Shown piece by piece: positions 59,019-64,000 of a stretch of 64,000 bases of DNA. Position 1 is the stretch's first letter. Each line of letters begins with the position of its first letter. Origin of the DNA: an uncultured Bacilli bacterium. Its GTDB lineage: Bacteria > Bacillota_I > Bacilli_A > RFN20 > CAG-826. A program made the position numbers and the translations under genes. Under the pieces are notes generated by a model, which was not told the DNA's origin, ran no database searches, and saw only the letters and a program-made list of their open reading frames with translations. The stretch lies in contig CAJOMQ010000004.1 in assembly GCA_905236715.1 (NCBI GenBank), forward strand, positions 82,900 to 146,899, written 5' to 3'.

Positions 59019-60698
59019 TTAGTATTTAATGGAATCGTTGATCAATTTTATTTTCTTTTTATCAATCTTTTCGACCTTTCTGTCATAGGTTACAAAGCCA
59101 TTTAGTTCATCTTCAACATCGCTCAGTTGTGTGTATATAAAAGCGCATAAACCATTATGAATATTAGGTTTGATATCTAAGTCCACAAGCTGTTGATATT
59201 CTTTTAATAATTCATTTTTATCTTTCATCTTTTTATAACCAAAATTGGTGTTATTAAAAGTGTGACCAGGTATTTTTAAGGAATAACCACCGCATTCGGA
59301 TAGGATGACCGCTCGTGATTTGATGTCTTTAGGTTTTGGCATCTTAAATCTTTTGAAATAGCAGTGGACAGACTTCACATCGCTAACGCCTTGATCTAGC
59401 CAACCAGAAGCATGGTCATAAAGTCTGGTATTATCAATTTTCTTTAATTTCTCATATATTCTTTTAGCATCAAACTGTCCCCATCCTTCATTAAAGATAG
59501 TCCACAAGACAATTGAAGGTGTGTTATATAGCAAATTAATCGTATCGACAAATTCTTTTTCTGCTTCTCTTCTTCCTTGTTCGCTTGCACGTCCTAATTT
59601 CTTATATTTATTATCTTTGGCATGTGAATTAAAAATAAGGGGCGCACTGATAGCGATAGGATTATATTTTTCCCCACCATTAACAAAATCTTGCCACACC
59701 AAGACGCCTAATCTATCGCAGTGGTAGTACCAACGCAATGATTCAATTTTGATGTGCTTTCTAATAGTGTTAAAACCCATCTCCTTCACAAACATAATAT
59801 CGTTGATATAATCCGCATCCGCTGAAGGGGTTAAGAAACCATCGCGATAATAACCTTGGTCTAATATGCCTTTTATAAAATAAGGTCGACCATTAAGACA
59901 AATTCTTTTAATTCCATCAAATTCTTCAACAGATATTTCTCGCATCGCGAAATAGCTTTGTATTTTATCGTGTCTTGTTTGTAAGGTGAAATAATATAAA
60001 TAAGGATCTTCAGGAGACCACAAATGTGGATTCTTTATTGGTATTAAGTTTTCTTCATTTGGTTTTAAATTAATGGTCTTACCATTTAATTCACATTTGA
60101 CCGACTTAGCGTCTGTATAAACGATAATTTTTAGTGAATTATGTGGTAAATCAGGGGTCATTTTAATATTTTGTATATAATCATCAGAAACACTTTCCAT
60201 CCAAACAGGCATATAAATACCACTTTGTGGGGTATACCAAATATTGCCCCTTTTTGTTTTTTGTTTACCGCGTGAATAATAAGAAGTATCGGAAAAATCT
60301 TTCACCCTTACGACAAGAATATTATTTTTCTTTTTTAAGAAATTGGTGATATCAAAACTGAAGGGTAGATAGCCACCGACATGCTTCCCCACAAAAACAT
60401 CATTAATAAAAACTTCGGCAATTTGATCAACCGCGCCAAAATGTAAGATGACTTTATCTTTTATGAAGCCATTTGGTATTTCTAATTGTTTTCGATAAAA
60501 TAACCATTCATCAGGTTTGATATTTCTATTAAGACCACTAAGTGGGGTTTCAGGAGAATATGGGACATGAATTTTCCCATCAAAAAAGATAGGGATATCA
60601 ACATTTTTACTAATTGCGTATTCCCATGTGCCGTTAAGGCATATATATCCTTCCCGACGAAGTTGCGGTCTTGGGTTTTCGGTTAGATGTGTTGCCAT
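59019..60698 (-). CDS. glycoside hydrolase family 2 protein
   Basis: The N-terminal sugar-binding region is NPRPQLRREGYICLNGTWEY, and the TIM-barrel blocks are FNTIRKHIK and WTIFNEGWGQ. I prefer ATG 60698. The ORF-track start at 60782 is TTG. Confidence 0.75.
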   Translation of the reverse strand: MATHLTENPRPQLRREGYICLNGTWEYAISKNVDIPIFFDGKIHVPYSPETPLSGLNRNIKPDEWLFYRKQLEIPNGFIKDKVILHFGAVDQIAEVFINDVFVGKHVGGYLPFSFDITNFLKKKNNILVVRVKDFSDTSYYSRGKQKTKRGNIWYTPQSGIYMPVWMESVSDDYIQNIKMTPDLPHNSLKIIVYTDAKSVKCELNGKTINLKPNEENLIPIKNPHLWSPEDPYLYYFTLQTRHDKIQSYFAMREISVEEFDGIKRICLNGRPYFIKGILDQGYYRDGFLTPSADADYINDIMFVKEMGFNTIRKHIKIESLRWYYHCDRLGVLVWQDFVNGGEKYNPIAISAPLIFNSHAKDNKYKKLGRASEQGRREAEKEFVDTINLLYNTPSIVLWTIFNEGWGQFDAKRIYEKLKKIDNTRLYDHASGWLDQGVSDVKSVHCYFKRFKMPKPKDIKSRAVILSECGGYSLKIPGHTFNNTNFGYKKMKDKNELLKEYQQLVDLDIKPNIHNGLCAFIYTQLSDVEDELNGFVTYDRKVEKIDKKKIKLINDSIKY

Positions 60699-60872
60699 TT
60701 TCTTAATATTTTCTCTATTAATATCATATATATTAATGCGGCAATAGCAATTAATAAAGCCAAAGATAGCAGCATTTTTCAATGTTTCTTTTCACACTAT
60801 TTATTTCATTATTCTTTTAAGAATAGTTTGCCTGGTTTATAATTAAATCGATTTTTGGGAGGCATAAATCAT

Positions 60873-61772
60873 ATGCAATTAGTTATTATGGCAGCTGGAA
60901 TGGGTTCACGTTTCGGCGGCTTAAAACAAATGGAACCCATGGATGATTATGGGAACTTTCTTTTAGATTATTCAATCTATGATGCTAAAAGAGCGGGCTT
61001 CAATAGCGTTATCTTTATTATCAAAAAAGAATTTTATGAAGCTTTTAGAGAAACAATCGGTAAAAGAGTGGAAAATATCATCAAAGTGGAATACGCATTC
61101 CAAGAACTTGATGATTTACCAGAAGGTTTCCAAGTACCAGAAGGAAGAGAAAAACCATGGGGAACCGCGCATGCGATTTACTCCGCAAGAAAATTGATTA
61201 AAGAAGATTTCATTATTATCAATGGCGACGACTTTTATGGTGAAGAAACATACAAAGTTGCCTATAAATATTTAAAAGAATTGCCAGAAGGCGCACGTGG
61301 AAAATACGCTAACGTGGCCTTTGAAGTACAAAACACCATGACAGAAAATGGTGCTGTCAAAAGAGGCGTAGCTTTTGAAGATAACAATCATTTTCTTACA
61401 AAATTAGTGGAATCAAGTATTGAAAAAGTTGATGGTAAGATTATGGCTTCTCCATTAGATGGATCCACTCCATTTGGTGTGACTCCAGATACTCCAGTAT
61501 CAATGAATCTATTCTGCTTCAATGTCGATTTATTGGAATATTTTAAAGAAGATTTCCCCAGATGGCTCAAAGATAATATCAATGTGCCAAAATCAGAATA
61601 TCTTATTCCCTCAGTCGTGGATGACATGGTTCACCAAGGTAGAGCCACATTAAAATTATTATCCACCCCATCTGTTTGGTTTGGTGTGACATATAAAGAA
61701 GATAAGCCTGGAGTTGTTAAAGCTTTAGCGGAATTAACCGCTCAAGGTGCTTATAAGAAAGGCTTATATTAA
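60873..61772 (+). CDS. sugar-phosphate nucleotidyltransferase (GlmU/RmlA-fold, single domain)
   Basis: MQLVIMAAGMGSRFGG, KPWGTAHA and IIINGDDFYG. SD gggagg lies before ATG 60873. Confidence 0.75.
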   Translation: MQLVIMAAGMGSRFGGLKQMEPMDDYGNFLLDYSIYDAKRAGFNSVIFIIKKEFYEAFRETIGKRVENIIKVEYAFQELDDLPEGFQVPEGREKPWGTAHAIYSARKLIKEDFIIINGDDFYGEETYKVAYKYLKELPEGARGKYANVAFEVQNTMTENGAVKRGVAFEDNNHFLTKLVESSIEKVDGKIMASPLDGSTPFGVTPDTPVSMNLFCFNVDLLEYFKEDFPRWLKDNINVPKSEYLIPSVVDDMVHQGRATLKLLSTPSVWFGVTYKEDKPGVVKALAELTAQGAYKKGLY

Positions 61773-61773
61773 T

Positions 61774-63318
61774 ATGGAAGCGGCACAAAATTCCCCGCAA
61801 AAAACAAGCGGATTTAAATTTAACAAAGCATATTTAAAAAGAACAATTTGGATTGGTTTAGCCTTTTTCGGTATCCTTTTGGTGTGGCAATTATATAACG
61901 CATATTGTTCACCAATGTTAACTTTTCTTTTTGTTAAACATGATTTTCCTAGTGCAATCGAAGACACAAGAGTGGCAATGATAGCTGCTGGTGAGGAACC
62001 TGTTATAAACATGATTAATATTCTTGTTTATGGTGGTCTCTCAGAACCAGATTATTTATCTGTGCAATGGAAAGTTGGTATTATCATGGCCCTTGATAAT
62101 ATTGCTGCTTTATTCATTATGCCTTTATTTGGCCGTTGGTCTGATAAAACCCATTCTAAATTAGGAAAAAGAATGCCTTTTATCATTATTGGTTCAGTAG
62201 TCACTGCGATTGCTTTACCATTTATTCCATTTTTCTTCTCTTCTGGTATGGGAAACGAAGAAGCCAAATTAGTGGGCATGATTGTTGGTTTAATTTGCAC
62301 AATGGTGGTCATTATTGTCTTTATGATGAGTTACCGTTCTCCTGCTGTTTCTTTAATGCCGGACTTAACGCCGAAACCATTACGTAGTAAAGCTAACGGT
62401 ATTATTAATATCGTTGGTTATGTTGGTGGTGCTGTTGGTTCAGTCTTCGCAATTGTCATACCTGTTACCAGTTATATTGACGGCACAAATAGATCGTTAT
62501 GGATGTTAGAGATTCCTTTTATCGTTTGTTCATTAGTTTTACTAATTTCTTTAGGCTTATTGCTTTGGAAAGTAAGAGAAAATAAATTACACCTTGAATT
62601 AGACGAAGAAATCAAACGTGGTGATGCCATGGGCGAATCAGCTGAACAAGTCACCGATAGTGGCAAGATGTCAAAAAAGAATCTTCGTAATCTCATTCTT
62701 ATCTTGATTGCAGAAGTTCTCTGGTTTATGTCGTTAAATGCCGTAGAAACATTCCAAACAAATTACAGTATGTTCTGGCTTAATACTTCATCAGCTGGTG
62801 GCGCACTTATGACAGTTATATCCGGTGCCGCTAGTGTTGTGGGCTTTTTAGTCGCGGGATTAATTGCTGATAAAATCGGCCGCAAATGGACTATCTTTAT
62901 TGGCATTTGTGTTGTGGCTGCCTGTTATATTGGTTATTCGTTTGTCCCACCCGCAGAAAAAGCTGCAACCGACTTTTCATCATCATTACCGTGGATATTC
63001 TTTATCTTGTTACCAACAATTGGTTTGGGTTCAAGCTTAATTCATATTTGTTCTTTCCCGTTGGTTACTGATTATTGTACAGGTGAAAAACTTGGTAGAT
63101 TTACCGCTTTATATTACACCGCTAGTATGTTGGCGCAATCGGTGACACCAATCGTTATTGGTTTAATTTTCCAAAACACTTCTTGGCGTGCAATGCCTAT
63201 TTATTCCGCCTCTTTAATGGTGGCCGCTGGCGTTGTCTTCTTCTTTGTGAAAGCACCTCATAAAAACGACAAAGCGAAAAACGCCAAAGGTTTAGATGCT
63301 TTAGGTTCTGACGATTAA
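61774..63318 (+). CDS. MFS-type transporter
   Basis: About 12 TM segments. GRWSDK and ADKIGRK are MFS loop motifs. I prefer ATG 61774, 1 nt after the upstream stop. Confidence 0.75.
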   Translation: MEAAQNSPQKTSGFKFNKAYLKRTIWIGLAFFGILLVWQLYNAYCSPMLTFLFVKHDFPSAIEDTRVAMIAAGEEPVINMINILVYGGLSEPDYLSVQWKVGIIMALDNIAALFIMPLFGRWSDKTHSKLGKRMPFIIIGSVVTAIALPFIPFFFSSGMGNEEAKLVGMIVGLICTMVVIIVFMMSYRSPAVSLMPDLTPKPLRSKANGIINIVGYVGGAVGSVFAIVIPVTSYIDGTNRSLWMLEIPFIVCSLVLLISLGLLLWKVRENKLHLELDEEIKRGDAMGESAEQVTDSGKMSKKNLRNLILILIAEVLWFMSLNAVETFQTNYSMFWLNTSSAGGALMTVISGAASVVGFLVAGLIADKIGRKWTIFIGICVVAACYIGYSFVPPAEKAATDFSSSLPWIFFILLPTIGLGSSLIHICSFPLVTDYCTGEKLGRFTALYYTASMLAQSVTPIVIGLIFQNTSWRAMPIYSASLMVAAGVVFFFVKAPHKNDKAKNAKGLDALGSDD

Positions 63319-63320
63319 TT

Positions 63321-64000
63321 ATGAAACCATTATGTGTGGCACATCGTGGTTGCCATTGGCACTGCTATGAAAATACTATCCAAGCTTTTGAAGCGGCAAG
63401 AGATGGTGATTTTTGGGGTGTGGAAATGGATATTCATTTAACCAAAGACCATCAGTGGATTGTGCATCATGATCCTGATTTCTTATCTAATGGTAAGAAG
63501 ATTGTCATCAAAGATGAGAAATTCGAAGATTTATTAAAAATGCCTTTAGATAATGAGTGGAATTATGAGGCATATTGTCCTTCTTTAGATGATTATTTAA
63601 AAACCATTCATGGAAGTGGTAAAACACCCGTTATTGAAATAAAACCAAAGAACCCATCTTTTAAATATTTAAAGAAGATGATTAAACAAGTGAAACAATA
63701 TTTCACACTTGATGAAGTCGTATTTATTGCCTTTTATCCATGGCCATTATTTAAATTACAATTTCTTTATCATAAGAAGGTTCACATTCAACAATTATCT
63801 GAACCCACGCATCCGTTTATTATCAAGTGGGCCTATCGTCATCGCTTTGGTTTAGATGCCGATTTTAATTGTTTGAATAAAGAAATCGTCGATAAATTCC
63901 ACAAGAAAGGTCTTAAGGTCAATGTGTGGACCATTGATCAACAAGAAACCTTAAGACAATGTGAAGAACTTGGCGTAGATTTTATCACCACAAATGTATT
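63321..64000 (+). CDS. glycerophosphodiester phosphodiesterase family protein, 3' end outside the window
   Basis: Not in ORF track because there is no stop in the window. My translation: MKPLCVAHRGCHWHCYENTIQAFEAARDGDFWGVEMDIHLTKDHQWIVHHD...KVNVWTIDQ. HRG...ENT and E-x-D-x-H are GDPD motifs. Confidence 0.75.
   Translation, partial: MKPLCVAHRGCHWHCYENTIQAFEAARDGDFWGVEMDIHLTKDHQWIVHHDPDFLSNGKKIVIKDEKFEDLLKMPLDNEWNYEAYCPSLDDYLKTIHGSGKTPVIEIKPKNPSFKYLKKMIKQVKQYFTLDEVVFIAFYPWPLFKLQFLYHKKVHIQQLSEPTHPFIIKWAYRHRFGLDADFNCLNKEIVDKFHKKGLKVNVWTIDQQETLRQCEELGVDFITTNV

Overview
AT-rich bacterial chromosome segment spanning the replication origin of a low-GC Firmicutes/Mollicutes-like organism. It uses the standard genetic code: TGA is a stop (rnpA, psuG) and Trp is TGG. 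Two gene blocks diverge from a bipartite oriC, whose DnaA-box clusters lie upstream of dnaA (about 50.08-50.26 kb) and in the dnaA-dnaN spacer (about 48.6 kb). The minus-strand block is serS, GT4, gyrA, gyrB, recF, yaaA, dnaN, dnaA. The plus-strand block is rpmH, rnpA, yidC, jag, mnmE, tatD, rnmV, rsmA, ispE and a short glmU-like gene. The left 38 kb is mostly sugar and amino-sugar metabolism and transport: rhaA, rhaB/rhaD, two FGGY kinases, a ROK kinase, a GHMP kinase, a NahK-like kinase, a PIG-L deacetylase, PGM, PPDK, a Na/Pi transporter and a P-type ATPase. It also holds tldD/pmbA, two GT4 glycosyltransferases, psuG and tadA. I found one RNA gene missing from the ORF track, a roughly 79-nt small-type SRP RNA between serS and tadA. 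I found no tRNA, rRNA, CRISPR array, IS element or prophage. The items most worth follow-up are these. (1) A tightly packed DUF1538-like transporter, two PII-like proteins, a RimK-type ligase and a pseudouridine synthase form one apparent operon. (2) An FGGY kinase, an ATP-grasp ligase and a translationally coupled 50-aa highly charged micro-ORF form another. (3) A helically phased 10-bp TGACAAA repeat array sits in front of an orphan P-loop ATPase with a wHTH domain. (4) A perfect 10-bp helix sequesters the SD in the leader of a 73-aa orphan gene. (5) mnmE is split by a frameshift exactly at an A-AAG site. (6) The GlmU-like protein lacks the acetyltransferase end, is followed by a 4x16-aa repeat miniprotein, and a HexNAc-1-kinase salvage cluster lies elsewhere in the window. 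All functional calls come from reading the translations and recalling family motifs. No database search was run.
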